From Dehalococcoidia bacterium (lineage in GTDB: Bacteria > Chloroflexota > Dehalococcoidia > Plut-88900), in assembly GCA_965197645.1 (NCBI GenBank), contig OZ240219.1, forward strand, positions 672,001 to 736,000: a DNA stretch of 64,000 bases, written 5' to 3'. This document shows positions 48,948 through 58,520 of this stretch, piece after piece. Each line of letters starts with the position of its first letter. The stretch's first letter is position 1. Position numbers and translations under genes: made by a program. Under the pieces are notes generated by a model, which saw only the letters and a list, made by a program, of their open reading frames with translations, was not told the origin of the DNA and searched no databases.

Positions 48948-51002
48948 ATGATTATCAAGTCTCTACTGTTCAATCCAAAGCCTTCCCTGTCCAGCAAGGA
49001 GATCGTCCGGGGCTCCCGGATGCTGGTCTGGGAGGGCATGTGCTCCAACGCCATGTTCAGCGTCCTGACCAGCGGTCTGCTGGCAGCCTACGCTCTGGCC
49101 CTGGGCGCCAACAATCTCCAGATAGGGATCATATCCGCGATCCCTTTCGTCACCCAGCTCGCACAGATACCCTCGGTGGTGCTGGTGGAGCGATTCAAGA
49201 GTCGTAAAGCGATCGCGACCACTACCTTCCTGGTAGGCCAGCTGCTGTGGTTCCTGATCGCCAGCATTCCGTTGTTCACGTCGACACCGGGCTCGGTAGC
49301 CACATATCTGCTACTCGGTGTCCTGGCGGCCCGCGGCACCATACTGGCGCTGAGCACGACGGCTTGGAACGGATGGGTCAGGGACCTTCTGCCCCAGTCC
49401 CGGCTGGGAGACGCCTTTTCCAGACGGCTGGCGTGGGGCACCACCGCCACCATAATCTTCGGGATAAGCAGCGCTCTCTTCATCGACTATTGGCGCGGGC
49501 GCACGGAGGGCGAGACCGAGCTATGGGGCTATACCCTGGTGCTGATCATAGGGGCCTCCACCTTCGGTCTCGCCGCTCCCATATTCATGGCGTTCATGCC
49601 GGAACGTTCGATGGCGCCGGTGAGCAAGGCCCAACCATCCGTTTTCAAGGCCTTGGCCATCCCCCTCCGCGACCCCAATTTCAGATCTCTGCTGCTCTTT
49701 CTGCTGCTGTTCATGGGCTCCCTCTACCTGGCTGTGCCGTTCTTTGCCGTCTACATGTTCCAGCGCCTCGATTTTCCCGTCTCCGCCGTGATAGGCCTCT
49801 ACATGTTGAGCCAGATATCCAACCTGATGTTCGTCAGGGTATGGGGCGGCTTCGTCGATAGATTCAGCAACAAGGCCGTTCTGTCTCTCTGCGGCTCCCT
49901 GCATCTGCTGGTGCTGCTGGGATGGACCTTCACGACCATGCCGGAAAGTTACTTTCTCACCATCCCCCTCCTGGTGGTCCTGCACATCCTGTTGGGAGCG
50001 GCCCAGGCAGGCTTGACCCTTGGCCAATACACCATCGGCATGAAGATGGCGCCGGAGACCGAGTCCACGTCTTACCTGGCGGCGGTGTCGCTGGCGCTGA
50101 GCCTGGGAATAGGGATCGGCCCTCTGCTGGGCGGAGCATTCGCCAACTTCTTCGAGATAAGAGAGCTGAGCCTCGGTTTTTCGTGGGTCGACCCCAATAA
50201 TGTGCACAGCTTCCCGGTGGTGCACCTCACGGGGTTCGATTTCCTGTTTGCAGTGGCCTTCATCCTGGGGCTGCTTTCCTTGAGGTTTCTAACAACCGTG
50301 AAGGAAGAGGGGGAGGTGGAGCAGGAGGTTGTCCTTCAGGAGCTGATGGCCAGGTCCCAGGGAGTTTCCCGGGCTGTGGGCTGGATACCCGGGCTGCACT
50401 TCATTGGCGGCCTGCCCTTGACCCTCCTCCGCTGGGTACCCGGGTTTAACGTGGCGATGGGAGTGATGGGCTACGAGCTGGCCACTTCGACCAAGACGGC
50501 GGTCTCGGCAGCCAGCAAGGGGCGGGACACGGCCGCCGACATAGCGGAGCGTGTCGCCCATGCTGTCAACGACGCGGCGGGCGAGATCGGAGAGCTGGGG
50601 ACACAGGGCGTGGACCTCGCCCGTCAGGCGACCCGCGGCGCGATGCATGGAATAGGTGAGATATCGGAGGACGTGGGGCATCTCGCTCGAGGTGGCATTC
50701 AAGGTGTCATAGAATCGCTGGGACAGACCCGGATCAACAATCTGGAGATGATGTGGGGGGTGGGCTACGGTGTCGTCCAAGGTGCTGATGAGATCGGGGC
50801 GGACCTGGGGGAGGTCGCATCAGAGGCCATCGAGAAGACCCGCGAGGCCGCCAGAGAGCTTGGGGTGTCCGAAGAGGAGGCAGCGTCCATGGCTGCGGAG
50901 GGCGCCCTTGCCGCGGCGGAGGCCCTCGGTGAGGACGCGGCCTCCCAGGTCCTGGCAGCGTTGTCCGATGAGCTGGTGCCTGACGTGGAGGATGAATCGT
51001 AG
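48948..51002 (+). CDS. MFS transporter with a long C-terminal helical extension
   Basis: About 12 transmembrane segments, WGGFVDRFSNK loop motif; ~190-aa Ala/Gly/Glu-rich tail. Confidence 0.85.
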   Translation: MIIKSLLFNPKPSLSSKEIVRGSRMLVWEGMCSNAMFSVLTSGLLAAYALALGANNLQIGIISAIPFVTQLAQIPSVVLVERFKSRKAIATTTFLVGQLLWFLIASIPLFTSTPGSVATYLLLGVLAARGTILALSTTAWNGWVRDLLPQSRLGDAFSRRLAWGTTATIIFGISSALFIDYWRGRTEGETELWGYTLVLIIGASTFGLAAPIFMAFMPERSMAPVSKAQPSVFKALAIPLRDPNFRSLLLFLLLFMGSLYLAVPFFAVYMFQRLDFPVSAVIGLYMLSQISNLMFVRVWGGFVDRFSNKAVLSLCGSLHLLVLLGWTFTTMPESYFLTIPLLVVLHILLGAAQAGLTLGQYTIGMKMAPETESTSYLAAVSLALSLGIGIGPLLGGAFANFFEIRELSLGFSWVDPNNVHSFPVVHLTGFDFLFAVAFILGLLSLRFLTTVKEEGEVEQEVVLQELMARSQGVSRAVGWIPGLHFIGGLPLTLLRWVPGFNVAMGVMGYELATSTKTAVSAASKGRDTAADIAERVAHAVNDAAGEIGELGTQGVDLARQATRGAMHGIGEISEDVGHLARGGIQGVIESLGQTRINNLEMMWGVGYGVVQGADEIGADLGEVASEAIEKTREAARELGVSEEEAASMAAEGALAAAEALGEDAASQVLAALSDELVPDVEDES

Positions 51003-51092
51003 TATCACCAAATATGAGGACCTGTCGAAAGGATGTTGGAACGACTCTTCCACGGGAGAGCGCTCCATCGAGCAACGGGTTAGGAGCAGACC

Positions 51093-51611
51093 ATGGAAGT
51101 GGGCGAGGTATTGGCCAACCTTGTAAGGCAAAACGGGGAAATGATAGAAACGGCGCTGGAGGGCCTCACCGAGGAGGAGCTGTACAAACAGCCCAACGAC
51201 CAGTGCAACTCCATCGGGTGGCTGTTGTGGCATCTCGCACGGTCGGAGGACGACCTGGTCTCCCTGATGAACGAAGCGCCGGAGATCTGGACCGAGCAGG
51301 GAATAAATGAGAGGTTCGGCATGGGCGCCGAGGAGACGGGCGAGGGTGACGGACACGAGAAGATATCCGCTTTCCGCGCCCCATCCACCGACGATCTCAA
51401 GTCCTACTGGCGCGCATCGGAGGCGAAGGCGATCAGCTACCTGGATTCGCTGCGACCCGCCGATATGGACAGGGAGATGCCGGCGATGGTAGGCGAAGGC
51501 ACAACGAACCTGTCCACGTACGCAGAGGACACGGTGAACGAGGCGCTGGTCCACGGCGGCCAGATCGCCTACGTGCGAGGCATGCTCAAGGGCATGGGCT
51601 GGTATTTCTAG
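51093..51611 (+). CDS. DinB family protein, copy 1
   Basis: NSIGWLLWHLARSED and HGGQIAYVRG. Confidence 0.88.
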   Translation: MEVGEVLANLVRQNGEMIETALEGLTEEELYKQPNDQCNSIGWLLWHLARSEDDLVSLMNEAPEIWTEQGINERFGMGAEETGEGDGHEKISAFRAPSTDDLKSYWRASEAKAISYLDSLRPADMDREMPAMVGEGTTNLSTYAEDTVNEALVHGGQIAYVRGMLKGMGWYF

Positions 51612-51707
51612 AGAGACGGCATCACCAATGTCTGTACAAGGCCGGGGTGTTAGAATGGGCCTCCGGCATAGCGAAGAGACGGGAGACGGCATTTTAGGAG
51701 GAGTAAC

Positions 51708-52226
51708 GTGGAAGTCGGCCAGGTATTGAGCAACATGCTCGCACAGAACAGAGAGATGATAGGCATGGCGCTGGAGGGCCTCAGCGAGGAGGAGCTGTAC
51801 AAACAGCCCAACGAGGACTCCAACTCCATCGGATGGCTGGTGTGGCACATCGGAAGAGCCGAGGACCTCCAGGTTTCCGCCATGGACGGATCACAGGAGA
51901 TCTGGACCGAGCAGGGAATCAATGCAAAGTTTGGCATTGACGCCGACGTATCGGGCTTCGGCCACGGCTCAAAGGAGATATCCGCTTTCCGCGCCCCATC
52001 CATCGATGACCTGAAGTCCTACTGGCAGGCGGCGGAGGAGAAGGCGAGCGGCTACATAGCATCCCTGGGACCCGCCGATATGGACCGGGAGATGCCTGGG
52101 ATGGGAGATGAGGGCACGACGAACGTGGCCTTCTACGCCAGCCTAGTGGTGAACGAGGCGTTGGTCCACGGCGGCCAGATAGCCTACCTGCGAGGCATGC
52201 TCAAAGGCCTGGGCTGGTACTTCTAG
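51708..52226 (+). CDS. DinB family protein, copy 2
   Basis: NSIGWLVWHIGRAED and HGGQIAYLRG; AGGAGG RBS. Confidence 0.88.
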   Translation: MEVGQVLSNMLAQNREMIGMALEGLSEEELYKQPNEDSNSIGWLVWHIGRAEDLQVSAMDGSQEIWTEQGINAKFGIDADVSGFGHGSKEISAFRAPSIDDLKSYWQAAEEKASGYIASLGPADMDREMPGMGDEGTTNVAFYASLVVNEALVHGGQIAYLRGMLKGLGWYF

Positions 52227-53212
52227 AGCCTCAGCACCGCCGCTCCCTGTACTCGACCCTCTTTCATACGCACCAGCGCCTCATTGGCGTCCTCCAGCGG
52301 AAAATCTTCGACCTCCGTACGGATGGGGATCTCCTCCGCCAGCCGTAGCATACCCCTGACGTCCTCGCGGGTGCTGTTGGCCACGCTGCGCAGCGTCTTC
52401 TCGTGGTAGAGGTGCCTGCTGTAGTCCAGCTGCGGCACGGGGGTCATGTAGATGCCCGCCAGGGACACTGTCCCGCCCCTCTCCAGGGCTTCCAGGGCGG
52501 CGGGGACGAGCCAACCCGCCGGAGCGAAGATGATGGCGCCGTGCAGCTTCTCCGGCAACGGATCGGCGGCGCTTCCCGTCCATACGGCCCCAAGCTCTCG
52601 AGCTAGCCGCCGGTGCTCCTCAGTGCGGGAGAAGACGTAGACCCGGTAGCCGAGGTGCACGGCGATCTGGATGACTATGTGGGCCGAGGCGCCAAAGCCG
52701 TACAGTCCCAACCGTCCACCCTCCTCGACTTCGGCCAGGTTCAAAGATCGGTAGCCGATGACCCCGGCGCACAGTAGGGGGGCGGCCTGCAGATCGGGAA
52801 GGCCCGCTGGCAGGGGATAGACGGCCTTCTCATCAGCGGCGACGAACTGGGCGTACCCGCCATCGATATCGTAGCCGGTGAAGGTCGCCTCGGGGCAGAG
52901 GTTCTCTTTCCCTCCGATGCAGAACCGGCAACGACCGCAGGTGGTGTGCAGCCAGGGTATCCCAACCCTAGTACCGGCCTCGATGGCGCCGGCGCTTCGC
53001 TCCACCGTCCCAACTACCTGGTGGCCGGGAATCACCGGCATCCTGTGGGACGGCAGCTCACCCTCGATGATGTGGAGGTCGGTGTGGCAGACCCCGCAGG
53101 CCGTGACCCTGACCAGCGCCTGTTCCGGAGGGACCTGGGGAACGGGCGTTTCGACGAGTCGGAGCCGTCCTTCTCCCGCCGGGCCCGTCTCCTCCAGCCT
53201 CATGGCTCTCAT
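52223..53212 (-). CDS. zinc-dependent alcohol dehydrogenase family
   Basis: CGVCHTD, PGHQ, CGRCRFC..C and GFGASAH. Confidence 0.92.
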   Translation of the reverse strand: MRAMRLEETGPAGEGRLRLVETPVPQVPPEQALVRVTACGVCHTDLHIIEGELPSHRMPVIPGHQVVGTVERSAGAIEAGTRVGIPWLHTTCGRCRFCIGGKENLCPEATFTGYDIDGGYAQFVAADEKAVYPLPAGLPDLQAAPLLCAGVIGYRSLNLAEVEEGGRLGLYGFGASAHIVIQIAVHLGYRVYVFSRTEEHRRLARELGAVWTGSAADPLPEKLHGAIIFAPAGWLVPAALEALERGGTVSLAGIYMTPVPQLDYSRHLYHEKTLRSVANSTREDVRGMLRLAEEIPIRTEVEDFPLEDANEALVRMKEGRVQGAAVLRL

Positions 53213-53274
53213 CACCGGCGAGCTCTCAAAGAGCGCTGTTCAAGGGGGAGCCGGGCGGGGTTGAGGAGAAAGCG

Positions 53275-53886
53275 CTACTCATATATCTCGATGGCCAGGT
53301 CCGAGGGATTGAACCCGTTGCAGGGGTTCAGGTCCTGGGGGCACGCCGAGCCCGCTATCAGCAGGTCCTCCAACGCCCTCATGACCACGTAGTCACCGGC
53401 CTGGGACGACGGCTCTTTGACCGAAAGGTTGCCCTCCAGGTCGTCAGGCCCGCTGTTCTGGAAGATGTTGACCACCTCCGGAGTGACCGGCGGGTGAACG
53501 CCGAACTCGGCCAGGGCCTCGGTGACGTTCTGCTTGCAGCTCCGATGGTCCTTGACCCCGTAGTCCACGAGGTAGCGTACGGGGTCGCAGGGCGCAAACA
53601 GCATATCGATGTTGCCGGCCTTGTCCTCTTCCAACATCAGGATGGGCTGTCGCTGGTTGTTGTAGAGGGGCTTGCCCACCTGGGGCCTCATGTGGTTGAT
53701 GCTGCTCCGGGTATGTATGCCGGACAAGTATACGGTCGGATCGTTGGGGTCCACGGCGAAGAAATCGCACACCTGCTTGCCCTGGACGTCGATCACTTTG
53801 ATCCTCTGGCCCTTCTTCACGTGGACTGCCCGCCCGTGTCTGGCGGGAATGTGGACTGTCGTCACCAAACTGCCTAGCGTGACCAT
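53275..53886 (-). CDS. DUF1989 urea-carboxylase-associated family protein
   Basis: GKQVCDF, FAPCD, SCKQN and SACPQDLNPCN. Confidence 0.9.
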   Translation of the reverse strand: MVTLGSLVTTVHIPARHGRAVHVKKGQRIKVIDVQGKQVCDFFAVDPNDPTVYLSGIHTRSSINHMRPQVGKPLYNNQRQPILMLEEDKAGNIDMLFAPCDPVRYLVDYGVKDHRSCKQNVTEALAEFGVHPPVTPEVVNIFQNSGPDDLEGNLSVKEPSSQAGDYVVMRALEDLLIAGSACPQDLNPCNGFNPSDLAIEIYE

Positions 53887-54009
53887 ATCTCCCTCCCTTC
53901 TATCTCCCTTCGGTATAGCTTACCTAGTATATATCAGTAATCGACGGAGATGATTAGAAAGCGACGTTACGATAGAATAGCTCCACGCTCTTCACAAAGG
54001 AGGTGGGGT

Positions 54010-55434
54010 ATGTCCAACAACGGGGTCGATACCATAGTTCACGGCGGGCAGGTGGTCACGGCAACGGACAGCTTCGAGGCCGCCATCGCCATCAAGGACG
54101 GGAAGATCGCTGCGCTGGCGCCCCCGGAGCTGCTTCCTCCCGCCGAGAGGTACATCGACGCATCGGGCAAGTACGTGCTGCCCGGCGCCATCGACGCCCA
54201 CATCCACATCGACTCCAAGAAGTGCGACGACTGGACCACGGGCCCGATCTCCGCCGCTCACGGGGGCATCACCTCCCTCATCGTGTTCGCCATCTACAAC
54301 GACCAGGAGGGCGAGACCCTGCCCCAGTCCATCGAGCACACCAGGGAGGAGGCCGAGGCCAAATCGACACTGGATTTCGCCTTCCACTACATCCTGCACA
54401 ACCAGCCCTACATCCTGGACGGCATTCCCAGGGCCTTCGAGATGGGGGTCACCTCCTACAAGATGTTCATGACCTACAAGGCGCGCCAGTACCGGATGTG
54501 CTCCGATGATTTCATCTGCCAGGCCATGGAGATCATAAGCAAGCACGGCGGCATCACCCAGCTCCACTGCGAAAACGGCGACATCCTGGACTACCTGGAG
54601 AACAAGTTCATCAGCGAGGGCCAGGTCCACCCCCGCTACTATCCTCACTCCTGTCCTCCCTGGGCCGAGGAGGAGGCGATCAATCGCGCGGTCAAGATGG
54701 GAGCGATGACCAACTGCCCCACATACGTGGTCCATCTCAGCACCAAGCTGGGGCTGGAGCGGATCAAGGAGGCGCAGCGGACCGGACAGCCCGTTTGGAC
54801 CGAGACCTGTCCCCAGTACCTGCTACTCTCCGATGCGGAGATGGAAAGGTGGGGCCCGCACGCCAAGATAGGCCCTCCCCTCCGCCCGGATGCGGGGCCC
54901 GATCGCGAGGCGATGTGGAACGGCATGGAGACGGGGAACGTCTCCATAGTGGCCAGCGATCACTCGGCAACCCTCAAGGAGGAGAAGGAGATAGGCTGGT
55001 CCAACGTGTTCAAGGACCCGGATGGAAAGACCGTGCCATTCGGAAGCGCATCCGTGGAGACGATGCTGCCGCTGATGTACAGCGAAGGGGTGGTGGAGCG
55101 GGGCCTGCCCATCAACTGGATGGCAAGGGTGCTGGCGGAAAACCCGGCCCGCATCTTCGGGCTTTATCCCAAGAAGGGCACCATACGCGTCGGCTCGGAT
55201 GCGGACCTGCTGCTGATAGACCCGGACTACGAGACGACGGTGCGTGCATCAGACCTACACAGTAACGCCGGCCTGACCATGTACGAGGGCAAGAAGCGCA
55301 AGGGAAGACCGTACATGACCCTGCTGAGGGGCGAGGTAGTACTGAACGAGGACAGGTTGGAGGGGAGTCCCGGCTACGGCCAGTACCTGCCGTCAGGGTC
55401 TCCCACGCCACCCTTGGGCGGCCCGCTGAGGTAG
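54010..55434 (+). CDS. dihydropyrimidinase/hydantoinase-like cyclic amidohydrolase
   Basis: PGAIDAHIH, SYKMFMTY, LHCEN, VVHLS, ETCPQY and SDH. Confidence 0.9.
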   Translation: MSNNGVDTIVHGGQVVTATDSFEAAIAIKDGKIAALAPPELLPPAERYIDASGKYVLPGAIDAHIHIDSKKCDDWTTGPISAAHGGITSLIVFAIYNDQEGETLPQSIEHTREEAEAKSTLDFAFHYILHNQPYILDGIPRAFEMGVTSYKMFMTYKARQYRMCSDDFICQAMEIISKHGGITQLHCENGDILDYLENKFISEGQVHPRYYPHSCPPWAEEEAINRAVKMGAMTNCPTYVVHLSTKLGLERIKEAQRTGQPVWTETCPQYLLLSDAEMERWGPHAKIGPPLRPDAGPDREAMWNGMETGNVSIVASDHSATLKEEKEIGWSNVFKDPDGKTVPFGSASVETMLPLMYSEGVVERGLPINWMARVLAENPARIFGLYPKKGTIRVGSDADLLLIDPDYETTVRASDLHSNAGLTMYEGKKRKGRPYMTLLRGEVVLNEDRLEGSPGYGQYLPSGSPTPPLGGPLR

Positions 55435-55477
55435 CCCGGCCCCATCCGTGGATCAGTAACAGCAAAACGAGTTGCGG

Positions 55478-56041
55478 CTAGGACATTATTTGCTGGAACT
55501 GCACCTTGACCGAGTGCAGGCCGTCGAACTGGGGGTACTTGAGGTTGCCGTTGGTGCGGCCGTACAGGTAGAGGTCCCGGGTGACGGCTACGTCGTTCCG
55601 GCAGTAGGAGACCACCCAGTCCTTATCGCCCTGGCGCCAGCGCCGTACCGATTCGAACCCGTCGCCGCTCTTGCGTCGGTCCAGGGTGGCCTCAGCTAGA
55701 TCGTCCAGCTTCAATCTGTGTCCCAGCTGCGTCTCTATTACCTTCAGGATGTCCAGGGTATGGGCGCCGAGGTGCGATGTGGAGCAGTAGGGGTCGAGGA
55801 CCCGGTAATCGAACCGCAGGATGTTGAATCCGACGATGGTGGGAAATCCGGCCATGTACTCGACCAGCTCCGGCACCTGGTCATCGAACCAGTCTTTGTA
55901 GCCGTCGGTCTCGGCCCAGGTGCAGGCCACGGCTAGGCCGAACCCCTCGATGTTGCTCCAGCCGCCGTCTACTTCGCTGGAAAGCCGCTGCGTCTCCAGG
56001 TCCATGACGACGCAGGAGGGAAACATAGACTCGGTTGTCAT
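55478..56041 (-). CDS. RNase H-like (DEDD, YprB/RNase_H_2-type) exonuclease domain protein
   Basis: DLETQ, GFNILRFD, KLDDLA and YCRND. Confidence 0.82.
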   Translation of the reverse strand: MTTESMFPSCVVMDLETQRLSSEVDGGWSNIEGFGLAVACTWAETDGYKDWFDDQVPELVEYMAGFPTIVGFNILRFDYRVLDPYCSTSHLGAHTLDILKVIETQLGHRLKLDDLAEATLDRRKSGDGFESVRRWRQGDKDWVVSYCRNDVAVTRDLYLYGRTNGNLKYPQFDGLHSVKVQFQQIMS

Positions 56042-56185
56042 ACCTTGGCTCCCGATCGGTATCAAGTGTAGGGCCGTATTATGGACGTATCTTTCCTCAT
56101 TGGTAAATGGCCGCCGGAACCGGGTTAGCGATAGTTTGCTTCCCTGGGTTAACTTTCTTCGTTCTTGAGCGAAGTGCAAAATACC

Positions 56186-56482
56186 TTACTGAGGCTGCGC
56201 AGTCTCCGAGCTGTATGCCCCAAGAACCGGCGCGCAGCGTTCCTCTGCGTCGCCATCTATTGGTTGCCAACGAATGTACGCCTCCTGTATCAGCGTAAGG
56301 CACTGTACCAAAGCGGCATTGCCTTCCTGCTTGGCCTTCACTATCTCCTGCTCTAGAAAATCGACCATGAAGGCTTGGTACACGGGATCGAACACCGATA
56401 TTGGTTCTGAGGTCGGTGCGGCCTCGGACCCGCAAGCCAGCGCCAATACCAAGACCACCGCGGCGGCTGCCAACGTCTTCAT
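56186..56482 (-). CDS. small hypothetical lipoprotein
   Basis: MK, hydrophobic stretch, LALAC lipobox; GAGGAG RBS. Confidence 0.65.
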   Translation of the reverse strand: MKTLAAAAVVLVLALACGSEAAPTSEPISVFDPVYQAFMVDFLEQEIVKAKQEGNAALVQCLTLIQEAYIRWQPIDGDAEERCAPVLGAYSSETAQPQ

Positions 56483-56750
56483 GTGTACTCCTCGCGGGAC
56501 TAAGCCTCCTTGGCCTCTACTGATTTGCAACGTCGTCGCGGGGTTACGGGATATTTTACACTTCGCTCGTTCTTGGCACCCTATCGCCACGCTGATATTC
56601 TAGTCATAGAGGAGAACGAGATGTCCGGGGCCTGAGCGCGAAGAGAGCTGAGCCCGTGGACAGAGCGTCCTCGCTCATCGTTTGGCATCCAAATAGCATA
56701 GACGGATACCCCGAGACAAGCACAGCGTCGGTATCGAAAGGAGCGGTGGC

Positions 56751-58025
56751 ATGGTTGACGTCGCACCTCCCAAACCGGTCGAAGAGGTAGACCCGCTGCA
56801 GATGGCATTAGAGCAGTTCGATACCGCTGCCGACCACCTGGACCTGGACGAAGACGTCCGCGTGATACTAAGGGTCCCCAAGAGGGAGCTGGTGGTCCAC
56901 TTCCCCGTGAAAATGGACGATGGGTCGGTAAAGATGTTCACCGGATACCGGGTACAGCACAATCTATTTCGCGGCCCGGCCAAAGGGGGCATCCGGTACC
57001 GGCCCGACGTCGATCTGAACGAAGTGAAGGCCCTCGCCATGTGGATGACCTGGAAGTGCGCCGTGGTGGACCTGCCCTACGGGGGCGCCAAGGGCGGTGT
57101 CGCCTGCGATACCAAGCATATGTCGATGAAAGAGCTGGAGGCGATGACCCGCCGCTACGCCACCGAGATTTCGGTCCTCATCGGCCCGGAAGAGGATATT
57201 CCGGCCCCGGATATGAACACCAACGCCCAGATCATGGCCTGGATCATGGACACCTATAGCATGCACAAAGGGTTCTCGGTGCCCGGGGTGGTTACAGGCA
57301 AGCCGATCAGCGTCGGCGGGACGCAGGGAAGGGTACAGGCGACGGGCAGGGGTTGCATGTACGTGGCGAGGGAGGCGGCCAAGCGACTGAACATGCCCCT
57401 GGAAGGCGCCAGGGTGGCCGTCCAGGGATTCGGGAATGTTGGGTCAATAGCGGCGAAGATGCTGGAGGCGGAGGGTTGCAAAATCATCGCCGTCAGCGAC
57501 GCCTTCGGCGGCGTCATGAACGAAAACGGTCTAGGGGTGCAGCAGCTGATCGATTTCAAACAGCAGCACCCCAGTTTCTGGGACTGCCCCGGCTGCGAGC
57601 AGATCACGAACCGGGAACTCCTGGAACTGCCCTGTGACATCCTGGTGCTCGCCGCTATCCAGGGGCAGGTCACGGAGGTGAATGCCGATCGCATCCGAGC
57701 GAAGATGGTAATCGAAGGGGCCAATGGGCCCACCACTCCGGAAGCCGACCGAATCCTGAACGAGAAGGGAGTGCTGGTGGTGCCCGACATCCTGGCCAAT
57801 GCCGGCGGTGTTATCGTCTCCTACTTCGAGTGGGTACAGGACCTGCAGTTCTACTTCTGGGACAGGGAGGAAGTGGTCCGGCGTTTGGAATCGATCATGG
57901 TGAGAAGCTTCGATGAGGTGTGGCAGATCGCGCAGGAGCGTAAGCTGAGCATGAGGATGGCGGCCTACATGCTGGGAGTGCGTCGGGTAGCCGACGCTCA
58001 CATCACTCGAGGTGTCTATCCATGA
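56751..58025 (+). CDS. gdhA: Glu/Leu/Phe/Val dehydrogenase (glutamate dehydrogenase)
   Basis: KGGIRY, GGAKGG, PAPD, QGFGNVG and NAGGVIVSYFEW. Confidence 0.93.
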   Translation: MVDVAPPKPVEEVDPLQMALEQFDTAADHLDLDEDVRVILRVPKRELVVHFPVKMDDGSVKMFTGYRVQHNLFRGPAKGGIRYRPDVDLNEVKALAMWMTWKCAVVDLPYGGAKGGVACDTKHMSMKELEAMTRRYATEISVLIGPEEDIPAPDMNTNAQIMAWIMDTYSMHKGFSVPGVVTGKPISVGGTQGRVQATGRGCMYVAREAAKRLNMPLEGARVAVQGFGNVGSIAAKMLEAEGCKIIAVSDAFGGVMNENGLGVQQLIDFKQQHPSFWDCPGCEQITNRELLELPCDILVLAAIQGQVTEVNADRIRAKMVIEGANGPTTPEADRILNEKGVLVVPDILANAGGVIVSYFEWVQDLQFYFWDREEVVRRLESIMVRSFDEVWQIAQERKLSMRMAAYMLGVRRVADAHITRGVYP

Positions 58026-58067
58026 GGTCGTGCTGGAGATAGGGGACGGACCGAGGGTGCAGAGCCC

Positions 58068-58520
58068 CTACTGTCGGTAGGACATGGAGTGGCCAACGAG
58101 GGCCACCAACTCCCCATTCTGGTTGACCAGCCTGCTCTCTACAACCACGAAAATCATGGTCCCCGAGCGCCCGGTCTTCTTGTAGACGTCCTTGATCTTG
58201 GCGGTGCAGGTCAGAACATCGCTGGGGCGTACGGGAAGAATGGGCTCGACGGACTGGCCGGCGGCGAAGGTGACCCCCTTGATATCGAGGTCGAAGTCCT
58301 CGGGCATCTGCCTATCTACCATGGATGCGATCAACGCCGGCGAGGCGATGAGTCCGCCGTAGGGGCCTTCTGACGCGGCCTGCTCATCCACGAAGTTGGG
58401 GTTGGTCTCACCCATCGCCCGAGAGAAGTTCAGCATGAGGCTCTTCGGCACCTGGAAGGAGCCGCGAGGGTACTCTCTCCCCAGAATCTCCTGGTTGAAC
58501 TCGAGTGCCGTCTCGCTCAA
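58068..58520 (-). CDS. MaoC/FAS1-like dehydratase N-terminal domain protein
   Basis: FSRAMGETNP, GGLIASP and KTGRSGTMIFV. Confidence 0.82.
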   Translation of the reverse strand: MSETALEFNQEILGREYPRGSFQVPKSLMLNFSRAMGETNPNFVDEQAASEGPYGGLIASPALIASMVDRQMPEDFDLDIKGVTFAAGQSVEPILPVRPSDVLTCTAKIKDVYKKTGRSGTMIFVVVESRLVNQNGELVALVGHSMSYRQ

